Below are positions 55,710-64,000 of a stretch of 64,000 bases of DNA, in pieces; positions within the stretch are counted from its first letter, which is position 1, and every line of letters starts with the position of its first letter. This DNA is from Spirochaetia bacterium (GTDB lineage Bacteria; Spirochaetota; Spirochaetia; UBA9216): assembly GCA_965140585.1 (NCBI GenBank), contig OZ223264.1:839115-903114 (forward strand), read 5' to 3'. Under the pieces are notes generated by a model, which made no database searches, had not been told where the DNA came from, and saw only the letters and a program-made list of their open reading frames with translations. Position numbers and translations under genes: made by a program.

Positions 55710-56939
55710 ATGAACAGACCTACATATTTAAATATACTTATGGCTGCTACATTTCTATTCAGCCTGGCAACCGGAATGGTTAGTTTTGCAATTGTTTTTT
55801 ACGTAAAGCAGCGTTTTGATGCTGATCATACTATGATAGGTATGATTACTTCAGGACAAACTCTTTTCTATATAATAGGAGTTCTTGCTTTTTCCCTTAA
55901 TAAAAATACGCATCCAAGGTATTTTCTCGGTTTTTCCGCCCTTGGTATGGCTGTATTGTTAACTGTCTACCAGATTTTTCCATACTGGCGTCTCACCCTT
56001 ATTTGCGGATGTCTGTACGGACTCTTTATGGCTCTTTTCTGGCCGCGAATTTCAGGCTGGGTATCCTGGGGTCTTGAGGGTAATAACCTGAGTAAAACCA
56101 TGTCCCAGTATAATTTTTCGTGGTCTACTGGGGGAATTATTGCTCCGGCAGTCAGTGGTTTTCTTACCGAGCGAAATATTGTTCTACCATTTATTTCAAC
56201 TATATTTATGCTGCTGTTTATAGGACTGCTTCTTTTTATATTTTCACGTATCTATCCGGAAATGAGAAAGGGGCAGGCGGAAATCAGAAAAGCAAGAGTA
56301 AAGGCTCTGGAAGTGGGTGAAGAACCTGCCGATACAGATCCGGAAATCGGAACCACTCAGATGACTCCGCTCAGGTTTCCTGCGAGGCTTGGTGTGATTT
56401 CGACCTTTGTAATTTCCGGGATGATAGTTTTTATTTTTCCGGCATATATGAGGGAAAGTCTTGGCTACCGGGAAGGGATAATCGGTTTTTTCCTTCTGTT
56501 CAGACAGATCTTTTCAACTGCGGGCTTTATTCTCTGGGGGAAATGGAAGGGCTGGCATTTTAAGCCGCGACTGATTCTTTTTAATCAGATACTCACTGTA
56601 CTGACACTTGCCCTGCTTATGGTATCCAGGACTCCTGCAGCCCTGCTTGTTTTCTTCGGTGTGATGGGATTTAATCTCAGCTTTTCCTATACTCTGGGAC
56701 AGTTTTACGGAGCAACCGGAAGTACCAACCGGGAACGCAGTATGGCTATGCATGAGGGAGTGATTAACCTGGGAATAATTGTAGGAACGTTCTTCGGCGG
56801 AATAATCAGTGACGGGAAGGGCATGTCTGTGACGCTTTTTTCTTTCCTTATTGTCTGCACTGCCTTGCTAATCGCCCAGTTCATTCTTTTGAGATATTTT
56901 AAGAAAAAAGGACTTCTTGTATTTGTAGACATGGTATGA
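55710..56939 (+). CDS. MFS transporter
   Basis: About 12 TM segments. ATG 55710 is preferred; the ORF opens at TTG 55668. Confidence 0.8.
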   Translation: MNRPTYLNILMAATFLFSLATGMVSFAIVFYVKQRFDADHTMIGMITSGQTLFYIIGVLAFSLNKNTHPRYFLGFSALGMAVLLTVYQIFPYWRLTLICGCLYGLFMALFWPRISGWVSWGLEGNNLSKTMSQYNFSWSTGGIIAPAVSGFLTERNIVLPFISTIFMLLFIGLLLFIFSRIYPEMRKGQAEIRKARVKALEVGEEPADTDPEIGTTQMTPLRFPARLGVISTFVISGMIVFIFPAYMRESLGYREGIIGFFLLFRQIFSTAGFILWGKWKGWHFKPRLILFNQILTVLTLALLMVSRTPAALLVFFGVMGFNLSFSYTLGQFYGATGSTNRERSMAMHEGVINLGIIVGTFFGGIISDGKGMSVTLFSFLIVCTALLIAQFILLRYFKKKGLLVFVDMV

Positions 56940-56940
56940 T

Positions 56941-57807
56941 GTGAAGAGTATGAAGCTCCAGCATTACTATCTTTTTCACAGGGAGAATCTCTATAAGGAC
57001 GATATCTCATCAATTACCCTTCTTGGTGATCTGGTATGCACCCCTGACTACTACCGGGAACCGCATCATCACAGTGAGGATATTGAAATCTGCCTGATAA
57101 CTGCCGGAAAAGGAAGCTTTATAATAGAAGATACCGAATATAAAGTGAAACAGGGAGACCTGTTTTTTGCCATGCCTTACCAGGTTCATCATTCAATTGC
57201 TGATCCCCACGATCCATACCGGATGTATTATCTTGCCTTTCGACTCTTTGATGATCCGGTATATAAAAAACTTTATGACGAGATGTCACATGTTACACAG
57301 CACGTGTTTACCGATCAATTCAACCTGCCTCAATATTTCAGTGCACTTATTGAAGAAGTTCTGAATAATTTTACAGCCAGAAACAAGGCTATTGAAAGTC
57401 TGTTTCATTCTATCGTTATTTTTCTTCACCGTAACTGCCTGGTCGATAAGGCAGGAATAGTCCGGGAATACAGCAGCAAGCAGCTTCTTATCCAGAAGAT
57501 TACGACATACATCGATTCTAATATACACCAGAAATTCTACCTCGATGACATAGCAAATGAACTGGGCTACTCCTCATACTACATCAGCCGTGTTTTTAAA
57601 GAGCAGATGGATATGCCGCTTTCGGGATACTGGAACAGGGCCAAGATCCTGAGAGCCCGATACCTGCTTAAAAATAATCCTGAAATGACGCTGCTTGAGG
57701 CTTCTGAACGGGTCGGTATCGATGACTATCACTACTTTTCAAGACTATACAAGCAGATTACCGGACTTTCACCCACAGCCGACCGCAAAATAATCCAAGA
57801 AACCTGA
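56941..57807 (+). CDS. AraC family transcriptional regulator (cupin sensor plus HTH)
   Basis: N-terminal cupin (HHHSEDIEICLITAGKGSF). C-terminal HTH (IANELGYSSYYISRVFKEQM...YHYFSRLYKQITGLSP). Starts 1 nt after the MFS stop; an alternative ATG is at 56950. Confidence 0.85.
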   Translation: MKSMKLQHYYLFHRENLYKDDISSITLLGDLVCTPDYYREPHHHSEDIEICLITAGKGSFIIEDTEYKVKQGDLFFAMPYQVHHSIADPHDPYRMYYLAFRLFDDPVYKKLYDEMSHVTQHVFTDQFNLPQYFSALIEEVLNNFTARNKAIESLFHSIVIFLHRNCLVDKAGIVREYSSKQLLIQKITTYIDSNIHQKFYLDDIANELGYSSYYISRVFKEQMDMPLSGYWNRAKILRARYLLKNNPEMTLLEASERVGIDDYHYFSRLYKQITGLSPTADRKIIQET

Positions 57808-57897
57808 CAAAACAGTCTAACGACAACCCGCAGATCCTGAACGATAATTAAACTAAATAATGAAATAATTGTTAAGAATGCAGTCCGGAGGCGAGGT

Positions 57898-59760
57898 ATG
57901 AGCGAAATAGAGGTGTGGAAGGATCTTATAGGGGATGCCGATTCCGGCAATTCTGTTTATATAAACAGGGTTAGAAAATGCTTCACTGATATGGACAATA
58001 AGCAGACTGTGAATATAAGCCTGCTTTTAACTGCTCTTGAAGGTGAAAACCGCTCACGCTTTGATATAATTCTGCCGGATCCCGAAGCAGTGGAATCTGA
58101 GTTGGCAGATCTATCCCGCCGTTATCTGTACGCTGAAGTCTATAATATCCTTTCGTCACTTGGCGGCAGAATGCTTGAGATCTTCTATGACAAGGCAAAC
58201 CGCAGCCTTGATGCTCTGTGCTCCTCACTTGATGAGGCCTTCGGCATCAGTTTAAGCCGGAAAGACAGGCCTGGTTACGGCAGATGCGTAAATGTAATTG
58301 ACCGCATGCTTGCCGCCCTTTCTTCAGATAATGAGCGTTTCAGTTTTGTTTATTCGGATATCAGCACTCTCGGTAATCCATCACCTGTATCTTCTGAATC
58401 CGGCAGAGAATCAGGGCTTGTTATATTCAGACGAGCTGTCGATGGCCTTGAGGGAAAGCTGCTCTGCGGAATTGATGTAGGCGGGACCGATATCAAGCTG
58501 GCCGTTGTCTATGACGGACGGGTGATTGCTTTCAAAGAATACGACTGGTTTCCGGCTGTTTTTAAACAGTCGAAGCAGCTTGTTGAACCTGTAGTCCTGC
58601 TTACAAGAATGCTCCGTAATATTTTCATACTTACTCATGTGCATGATAAAGTCCCGGTCGAGCTCAAGGTTCGAATTGCCGATGTTCTCAGACGCGAAGC
58701 TTCGGAGACGGAAATGTCTGTATTTTGTGATGATGCCGAATCCTTTCTGAAGGATCACATCATTAACTTTGACGGAATAGGCCTTTGCTTTCCTGATGTC
58801 GTAATCAGGGACAAGGTTGTAGGCGGTGAGGTCTACAAGACCAGAGGAATAAGGAATAACCCCGAGATAGATTATGAGGATGATTTTACAAGCCTTACGG
58901 ATCTTAATGTGCGGCTTGAGCAGTACTGCTCAAAGCCCGGGGCTGTCAGCATGATAAATGACGGACCGATGGCGGCCTTCACTGCTGCCGTTGAAATGGC
59001 TGCTTCGGATAAGGCTCCGATGGTTGAAAAGGGTGTATTTGCCCATACTCTTGGAACAGAGCTTGGTACAGGCTGGGTCCGTGAGGATGGTACAATACCT
59101 GATATACCGCTTGAAGTGTACAACTTTATAATCGATCTCGGATGTGTACCGGAACAGCAGTACCATCCGGACGATCTTAGAAGTGTGAATAATTTCAACA
59201 CAGGGCTTTCCGGAACGCTTCAGAAATATACAAGCCAGAGCGGTGTCTTCAGGCTGGCGGTAAAATACTTTCCGGCAGAACGTCCCGACCTTTACAGGGA
59301 GCTTGAAGAAAAGGGCTATGTACAGGCTGTTCAGATTGACGGGGAAAGCAGACTGATTGTTCCAACTGAGCCGGAAGATATGAGAAAGGCTTTTCTTGAG
59401 CACATGATGATGCTTGCAGAAAGGGAAAAAGATGAAACCAACCGTAAAATCTGGCTTGAAATTGGTTCTGCACTTGGAGTCACCTGGATTGAAACCGAAC
59501 GTATCCTGCACCCGGCTGCAAAAACGCGGTTTCAGTTCGGCCGTCTTGTTAAACGGAAGGTTTGCTATGACCTTCTTCTGGAGGGAGCAAAAACAATTGT
59601 TCCGGAGATTGAGTTTGAAATAGCAGACTCAACTCTGGCCAATACAAGCCTTATGAAACAGCTTGAGGAGGATCGGGACTATACGGTTGCCCAGTTTGCA
59701 CAGGCTGTTGGAGCAATTTATTATGCCAATGAATGCCTGACCGGAAAAGGCCTGGTATAA
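57898..59760 (+). CDS. Atypical 620-aa ASKHA-superfamily (ROK/hexokinase-like) ATPase, putative sugar kinase
   Basis: GIDVGGTDIKLAVV (phosphate-1), INDGPMAAFTAAVE and HTLGTELGTGWV (phosphate-2/adenosine-like) lie in the central part. There is an N-terminal extension of about 190 aa with no motif I recognise. I do not see the ROK zinc-Cys motif. Confidence 0.55.
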   Translation: MSEIEVWKDLIGDADSGNSVYINRVRKCFTDMDNKQTVNISLLLTALEGENRSRFDIILPDPEAVESELADLSRRYLYAEVYNILSSLGGRMLEIFYDKANRSLDALCSSLDEAFGISLSRKDRPGYGRCVNVIDRMLAALSSDNERFSFVYSDISTLGNPSPVSSESGRESGLVIFRRAVDGLEGKLLCGIDVGGTDIKLAVVYDGRVIAFKEYDWFPAVFKQSKQLVEPVVLLTRMLRNIFILTHVHDKVPVELKVRIADVLRREASETEMSVFCDDAESFLKDHIINFDGIGLCFPDVVIRDKVVGGEVYKTRGIRNNPEIDYEDDFTSLTDLNVRLEQYCSKPGAVSMINDGPMAAFTAAVEMAASDKAPMVEKGVFAHTLGTELGTGWVREDGTIPDIPLEVYNFIIDLGCVPEQQYHPDDLRSVNNFNTGLSGTLQKYTSQSGVFRLAVKYFPAERPDLYRELEEKGYVQAVQIDGESRLIVPTEPEDMRKAFLEHMMMLAEREKDETNRKIWLEIGSALGVTWIETERILHPAAKTRFQFGRLVKRKVCYDLLLEGAKTIVPEIEFEIADSTLANTSLMKQLEEDRDYTVAQFAQAVGAIYYANECLTGKGLV

Positions 59761-59773
59761 GGAGGAATCAGCA

Positions 59774-62164
59774 ATGAACAGCAATGACAGAAGCAGATAT
59801 GTAAAAGAAATAAAGGGTCTGGACTTATCAGGACGGATAGGAAAGTTAAAAGAATTGATGCTCGATGAACCGCGTTATCTTTCCATAGAACAGGCCCTGA
59901 TTGTTACCTCTGTTTACAAGAAAAATGAGGATAAACCGGTAGAAATTAAACGGGCTATGGCGCTAGCTGCAGCCCTCGAAAAGATTGATATAAGAATTGA
60001 TGTAGGTGAGCTTATAGTTGGAAACCGCACCGCAGGTGTCCGGGCCGGAGTTGTTTCTCCTGATGCAGGAATTTCCTGGATAGACCGTGAAATAGAGCAT
60101 CTGCACGACCGGCCACAGGACCGCTTTAATGTTCACCCTGAAGATATTGAATTGTTCAGAAAAGAGATTTTGCCCTACTGGAAGGGCAGGAGTCTTGAAG
60201 ATCTTATTTACAGCAGTATCGGGGACGAGGTTTCGGCTATCGGTAAGGTTGCAAAGATAAACCAGAAAGATCACGCCCAGGGCCATATATGCCCGGATAC
60301 TGAAAACTGGATTGCCAGAGGGCCTGCAGGGCTGCTTGAAGAAGCAAGGCTTAATGCCATGAATGCTTCCGATAAAAACAGGAATTTTTATACAGCAGTC
60401 GAAACTGTACTTACTGGCACTATCAGTTTTATTCTCCGTTATGCGGATGAGGCTGAGAGGCTGGCCTCTGAAGCTTCCGATGGAAAGATTAAGGCTGATT
60501 TTGCAGAAGTTGCACGAATCTGCCGTAAACTTGCATCTGAACCGGCTGGCAGCTTTCATGAGGCGCTTCAGTCTATGTGGTTTCTGTATGTAATACTTCA
60601 GATGGAATCAAATGCCTCATCCTTCTCTCCCGGCCGCGCCGATCAGTATCTCTACCCCTACTGGAAAAAGGATATGGACAAGGGTGATATTGATTACGCA
60701 CGATCTCTTGAACTGGTTGAGGCGCTCTGGCTGAAGTTTAATCAGATTGTATACCTGCGTAATTCAGGGAGTGCCCGCTACTTCGCCGGATTCCCAATAG
60801 GGTTTAATGTAGCTCTGGGCGGACAGACCTCTTCCGGTGAGGACTCATCCAATGAGCTTTCGTTCCTGTTTCTGAAGGCGCAGGAACATATCGGCCTTCC
60901 CCAGCCGAACCTCTCTGCCAGGCTGTTCAAGGGCAGTCCCGATGACCTGGTTGATGAGTGTGCCAGGGTAATAGGGAAGGGCAGCGGAATGCCCCAGATC
61001 TTCAATGATGAAAGCATTATCCTGGCACTGATGAACCAGGGGATTGAACCCGATGATGCCAGAAATTACGCTATTGTCGGCTGCGTTGAGCTAACGACTC
61101 ACGGCAACAACCTTGGCTGGAGTGATGCCGCGATGTTTAATCTGAACAAGGCTCTGGAACTTACGCTCAACAACGGCATCTGTCTTTTAACCGGTGATAA
61201 AATCGGTATGGACCTCGGTTCACTTGCTGATTATAAAACCTATGAAGAGCTGGAGGCTGCGTATACAAAGCAGCTTGATTATTTTATAGACCGGATGATG
61301 CTGATGTGCGATCGGGTTGACCGTTTTCATGCAGAGGTTGTCCCCTCGGCGTTTCTGTCCTCTGTGATCGATAACTGCCTGGAAAAGGGAGTGGATGTCA
61401 CTGCGGGAGGAGCCCGCTACAACCTGTCAGGTATTCAGGCCATCCAGGTAGCAAACCTTGCCGACAGCTTTGCAGTAATCAAGAAGCTTGTTTATGATGA
61501 AAAAAGCGTAAGCGGTGAGCAGCTGCTGAAAGCACTTCAGACCAACTGGGAATCCGACGAGGTTCTCAGGCAGAGAGTTCTCAACAGGGTTCCGAAATAT
61601 GGAAATGATGAAGAATGGGTTGATGCAATAGGCGCCAAATGGGTTAATTACTTTGCCGGCCGTATGGGAGAGTTTACCAATGCCCGCGGCGGCCGATATC
61701 ATACCGGTTTGTATACAGTTTCGGCCCATGTCCCGATGGGGCAGAATGTAGGAGCATCACCGGACGGGCGCCTTGCAAAGGATCCACTTGCAGACGGAGG
61801 CATGTCGGCAATGTACGGCCGCGACATCGAGGGCCCCACAGCCCTGCTGAAGTCTGTATCAAGAATACCCGCAGCCTGCGGAAGCAACGGAACCCTGCTT
61901 AATATGAAATTCCTTCCGGAGTTTTTTCATACTGAGGACGGCATCAGAAAGTTCAACGGCTTTCTGAGAACCTTCGTCCGGCTGAATATAAACCACATCC
62001 AGTTCAACGTTCTGCGGAAGGAAGACCTGATAGCCGCCAGGGAGACTCCCGAGAAGTACCGGAGCATGACTGTCCGTGTAGCCGGCTATACAGCCTATTT
62101 TACCGAGCTTGCCGGCGACCTCCAGGAGGAGATAATAGCCCGTACAAGCTACGGTGATGCATAG
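59774..62164 (+). CDS. Glycyl-radical enzyme, PFL2/glycerol-dehydratase-like (eliminase-type)
   Basis: 796 aa. C-terminal glycyl-radical fingerprint TVRVAGYTAYF. Active-site loop IVGCVELT (Cys-x-Glu, not the Cys-Cys of PflB). GGAGGA RBS, with a 13-nt gap after the upstream stop. Confidence 0.9.
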   Translation: MNSNDRSRYVKEIKGLDLSGRIGKLKELMLDEPRYLSIEQALIVTSVYKKNEDKPVEIKRAMALAAALEKIDIRIDVGELIVGNRTAGVRAGVVSPDAGISWIDREIEHLHDRPQDRFNVHPEDIELFRKEILPYWKGRSLEDLIYSSIGDEVSAIGKVAKINQKDHAQGHICPDTENWIARGPAGLLEEARLNAMNASDKNRNFYTAVETVLTGTISFILRYADEAERLASEASDGKIKADFAEVARICRKLASEPAGSFHEALQSMWFLYVILQMESNASSFSPGRADQYLYPYWKKDMDKGDIDYARSLELVEALWLKFNQIVYLRNSGSARYFAGFPIGFNVALGGQTSSGEDSSNELSFLFLKAQEHIGLPQPNLSARLFKGSPDDLVDECARVIGKGSGMPQIFNDESIILALMNQGIEPDDARNYAIVGCVELTTHGNNLGWSDAAMFNLNKALELTLNNGICLLTGDKIGMDLGSLADYKTYEELEAAYTKQLDYFIDRMMLMCDRVDRFHAEVVPSAFLSSVIDNCLEKGVDVTAGGARYNLSGIQAIQVANLADSFAVIKKLVYDEKSVSGEQLLKALQTNWESDEVLRQRVLNRVPKYGNDEEWVDAIGAKWVNYFAGRMGEFTNARGGRYHTGLYTVSAHVPMGQNVGASPDGRLAKDPLADGGMSAMYGRDIEGPTALLKSVSRIPAACGSNGTLLNMKFLPEFFHTEDGIRKFNGFLRTFVRLNINHIQFNVLRKEDLIAARETPEKYRSMTVRVAGYTAYFTELAGDLQEEIIARTSYGDA

Positions 62165-62176
62165 GAAGCCGTTTTA

Positions 62177-62929
62177 TCAGCCGCCCATATGCTGCGGGGT
62201 AAGCGATTCAAGCTCTATGCCCCTGTTCACTGCTTCTGCTGCATCTGTCAGGATAGCGGCGGTTGCAGTGGCTCCGGCCCGTATTACACCGATTGAGCGG
62301 ACGTAAAGAAGGTCTTTCAGGGTTCTGACTCCGCCTGCAGCCTTTATCTGAATGCTGCTGTCTGTGTTCGCCCGCATCAGTTTCAGATGAGCTTCGGTGG
62401 CGCCCTTGTAGGTGTAGAATCCGTTGTCCTGTTTTACAAATCCGTAGCCGGTACTTGTTTTTACAAAGGCAGGTTTAACTTCACTGCAGATCCGGCAGAG
62501 CTGAATTATCGTTTCATCATCAAGATAATCGTTCTCAAAAATCACTTTCAGATACGCGCCACCGGTTACCGCAGCCTCATTAACAGCGGCAATTTCATCT
62601 TTTACAAAGCTCCATTCTTTGCCCAGGGCCTTGCCGATATTTATTACCATGTCAATTTCTGCAGCTCCATCGGCACATGCTCGGGCTGTTTCAGCAACCT
62701 TGATTTCAGTACTGCTGTTTCCATGGGGGAAGCCGATTACAGTTCCGACGGCCACATCTGTGTCCGCAAGTATTTCAACCGCGAGTGAAACTGCATACGG
62801 CTTGATGCATACCGATGCGGTATCATAATTTGCTGCAACTTCGCATTCTTTTCTTAGTATTTCATCAGTCATTGTCGGGTGAAGCAGTGAGTGGTCTATC
62901 ATCTTTGCCAGATCTTTTACACTTATCAT
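62177..62929 (-). CDS. deoC: Deoxyribose-phosphate aldolase family (class I aldolase)
   Basis: 250 aa. DHSLLHPTMTDEI, ASVCIKPY, Schiff-base lysine context FVKTSTGY. Convergent with the GRE, with 12 nt between the stops. Confidence 0.85.
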   Translation of the reverse strand: MISVKDLAKMIDHSLLHPTMTDEILRKECEVAANYDTASVCIKPYAVSLAVEILADTDVAVGTVIGFPHGNSSTEIKVAETARACADGAAEIDMVINIGKALGKEWSFVKDEIAAVNEAAVTGGAYLKVIFENDYLDDETIIQLCRICSEVKPAFVKTSTGYGFVKQDNGFYTYKGATEAHLKLMRANTDSSIQIKAAGGVRTLKDLLYVRSIGVIRAGATATAAILTDAAEAVNRGIELESLTPQHMGG

Positions 62930-62982
62930 CTATATCCTCCGGTATAGTATTAATAATATCGGTACTCTTTTAAATCGAGAAT

Positions 62983-63906
62983 GTGCAGACAGGAAAATGG
63001 CATATCAATTCGGGCAAAACGGGTTATAATGAGTTGATGGTTGCCGAGATAAATAATTTTTACAGAAAAGACTATGTTCGCAGAGCCGGTGTTGTGGATA
63101 TGTATAAGGAGATAAAGCCGTCTTTTCTTGATTTTCACAGAATGACGGTCAGCAGGGATTATGAATATCCGGGACATCAGCATGAAAATTATGAGCTTAT
63201 CTGGGTTGAGCACGGACCCTATATGTTCAGTCTCAATCATCAGGAGCTTGAAATAAGAAATAATATGTTTGTTGTAATCAAGCCCGGTGATCTTCATCAG
63301 GATCATCTGAAAAAAGGTCAGTCTCACTTTGTACTCCATTTTTCTCTCAACGAACCACTTTTTTCTCCCCTGGTAACAGCTCCGGAGCAGATAGGTGCTT
63401 CGATCCTTGACGGAGCTGCGAGTATCCTGAATGATATGGAGCAGGAAGCCTCTGTTTCAGGAAATACCGACCGCTTTTCCGGAGCTCTTCAGGATTCCCT
63501 GTTGGAAACCCTCTTCTGGCACATCGCGAGAATTTTGCCTGAAACATCCCTGTCTGAGGTGTTTAGAAATTATTCAGACCGGCAGCTTTTTGTTTCCAGA
63601 CTGTATTCTGTTTTCAAAGAAAAACTGAATCAACCGTTGGGAGTTGAAGAGATAGCCGGGAAAATGGGCATTTCAAAAAGGGCATTGTCGATGAAATGCA
63701 GTGAGTACCTCAACAGTTCACCGGCCCGGCTGTATCTGGAATCACGATTTCAGAAGGCGGAGACTCTTCTGAGGCATAGTGATAAAACAGTTAAAGAAAT
63801 AAGTATTGAGCTGGGATTTGATTCTCCGTTTAACTTTACACGTGCATATAAGCGGGTGAGGGGCCTTACACCTTCCGAGTTCAGGGAACTGAATGATTTT
63901 TCCTGA
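62983..63906 (+). CDS. AraC family transcriptional regulator (cupin sensor plus HTH)
   Basis: Cupin (YEYPGHQHENYELIWVEHG). C-terminal HTH (IAGKMGISKRALSMKCSEYL...FNFTRAYKRVRGLTPSEF). The true start may be an internal ATG. Confidence 0.8.
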   Translation: MQTGKWHINSGKTGYNELMVAEINNFYRKDYVRRAGVVDMYKEIKPSFLDFHRMTVSRDYEYPGHQHENYELIWVEHGPYMFSLNHQELEIRNNMFVVIKPGDLHQDHLKKGQSHFVLHFSLNEPLFSPLVTAPEQIGASILDGAASILNDMEQEASVSGNTDRFSGALQDSLLETLFWHIARILPETSLSEVFRNYSDRQLFVSRLYSVFKEKLNQPLGVEEIAGKMGISKRALSMKCSEYLNSSPARLYLESRFQKAETLLRHSDKTVKEISIELGFDSPFNFTRAYKRVRGLTPSEFRELNDFS

Positions 63907-64000
63907 TAAGCATTAAGTATCAACAATAAATTTAAAGAAGCGCTGAACTCTTTCTTTTGATTATCTCCCTGGCCGTTGCTTCATCGGTTATCAGAGATTT

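Noticed and set aside
63932-64000. 3' end of a minus-strand ORF running off the window (...KSLITDEATAREIIKRKSSALL, stop).
   Set aside because: Only 22 codons are visible, which is too short to identify. It may or may not be relevant, for example to the missing GRE activase.
1-64000. Search for tRNA, rRNA, CRISPR arrays and riboswitch-like leaders.
   Set aside because: I found no T-loop/acceptor-like cloverleaf candidates, no rRNA-like conserved blocks, no regularly spaced short direct repeats and no long conserved-looking 5' leaders by eye. Absence cannot be proven without covariance-model scans.

Overview
64-kb chromosomal window from what looks like an anaerobic, saccharolytic bacterium. 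It has a glycyl-radical enzyme and many sugar and peptide ABC systems. The taxon cannot be assigned from sequence alone. I support about 55 intact protein genes, and I found no rRNA, tRNA or CRISPR array. GC is moderate, with clearly AT-richer islands at about 15.5-21.5 kb and 37.0-39.7 kb. All product calls come from motif reading of the supplied translations; no database search was possible. Blocks: (1) 8-11245: an MDR dehydrogenase and a DeoR regulator, then a tightly coupled six-gene operon of E2, E3, fused E1 alpha-beta, a PHP phosphoesterase, an SDR and a rhamnulokinase-like FGGY kinase. (2) 11.5-18 kb: a ferredoxin-type protein, an AEC permease, an HTH-fused N6-adenine methyltransferase with broken-looking downstream ORFs, and a TetR regulator with a fucose-isomerase-like orphan gene. 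(3) 18.4-39.3 kb: a segment bracketed by two direct-orientation IS5-family copies. It holds a GFA gene flanked by inverted repeats, an internally deleted IS481-type element, a truncated LysR gene, ferritin, a DUF4125/DUF4037-like pair and an ABC-2 exporter. It also holds a sugar-ABC / FAD-oxidoreductase / DUF4867-like module bracketed by two 100% identical copies of a DHDPS/NAL-family lyase gene, then IclR, PanE, and a Dam-like methyltransferase whose partner gene is dead. (4) 39.7-51.6 kb: a CocE/NonD-esterase fusion hydrolase, a Dpp/Opp-type ABC system, two esterase-D-like genes, a PrpD remnant and an MFS transporter. (5) 51.7-55.6 kb: an AraC-controlled cupin-CMD-AKR(pseudo) unit, a nucleoside phosphorylase and a lone MoaD/ThiS-like gene. 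(6) 55.7-63.9 kb: MFS, AraC, a 620-aa ROK-like ATPase and a glycyl-radical enzyme, with a convergent DeoC aldolase and another AraC. The best candidates for undescribed biology are the GRE/ROK-like/DeoC locus, the 2-oxoacid-dehydrogenase/sugar-kinase operon, and the lyase-bracketed transporter/oxidoreductase module.
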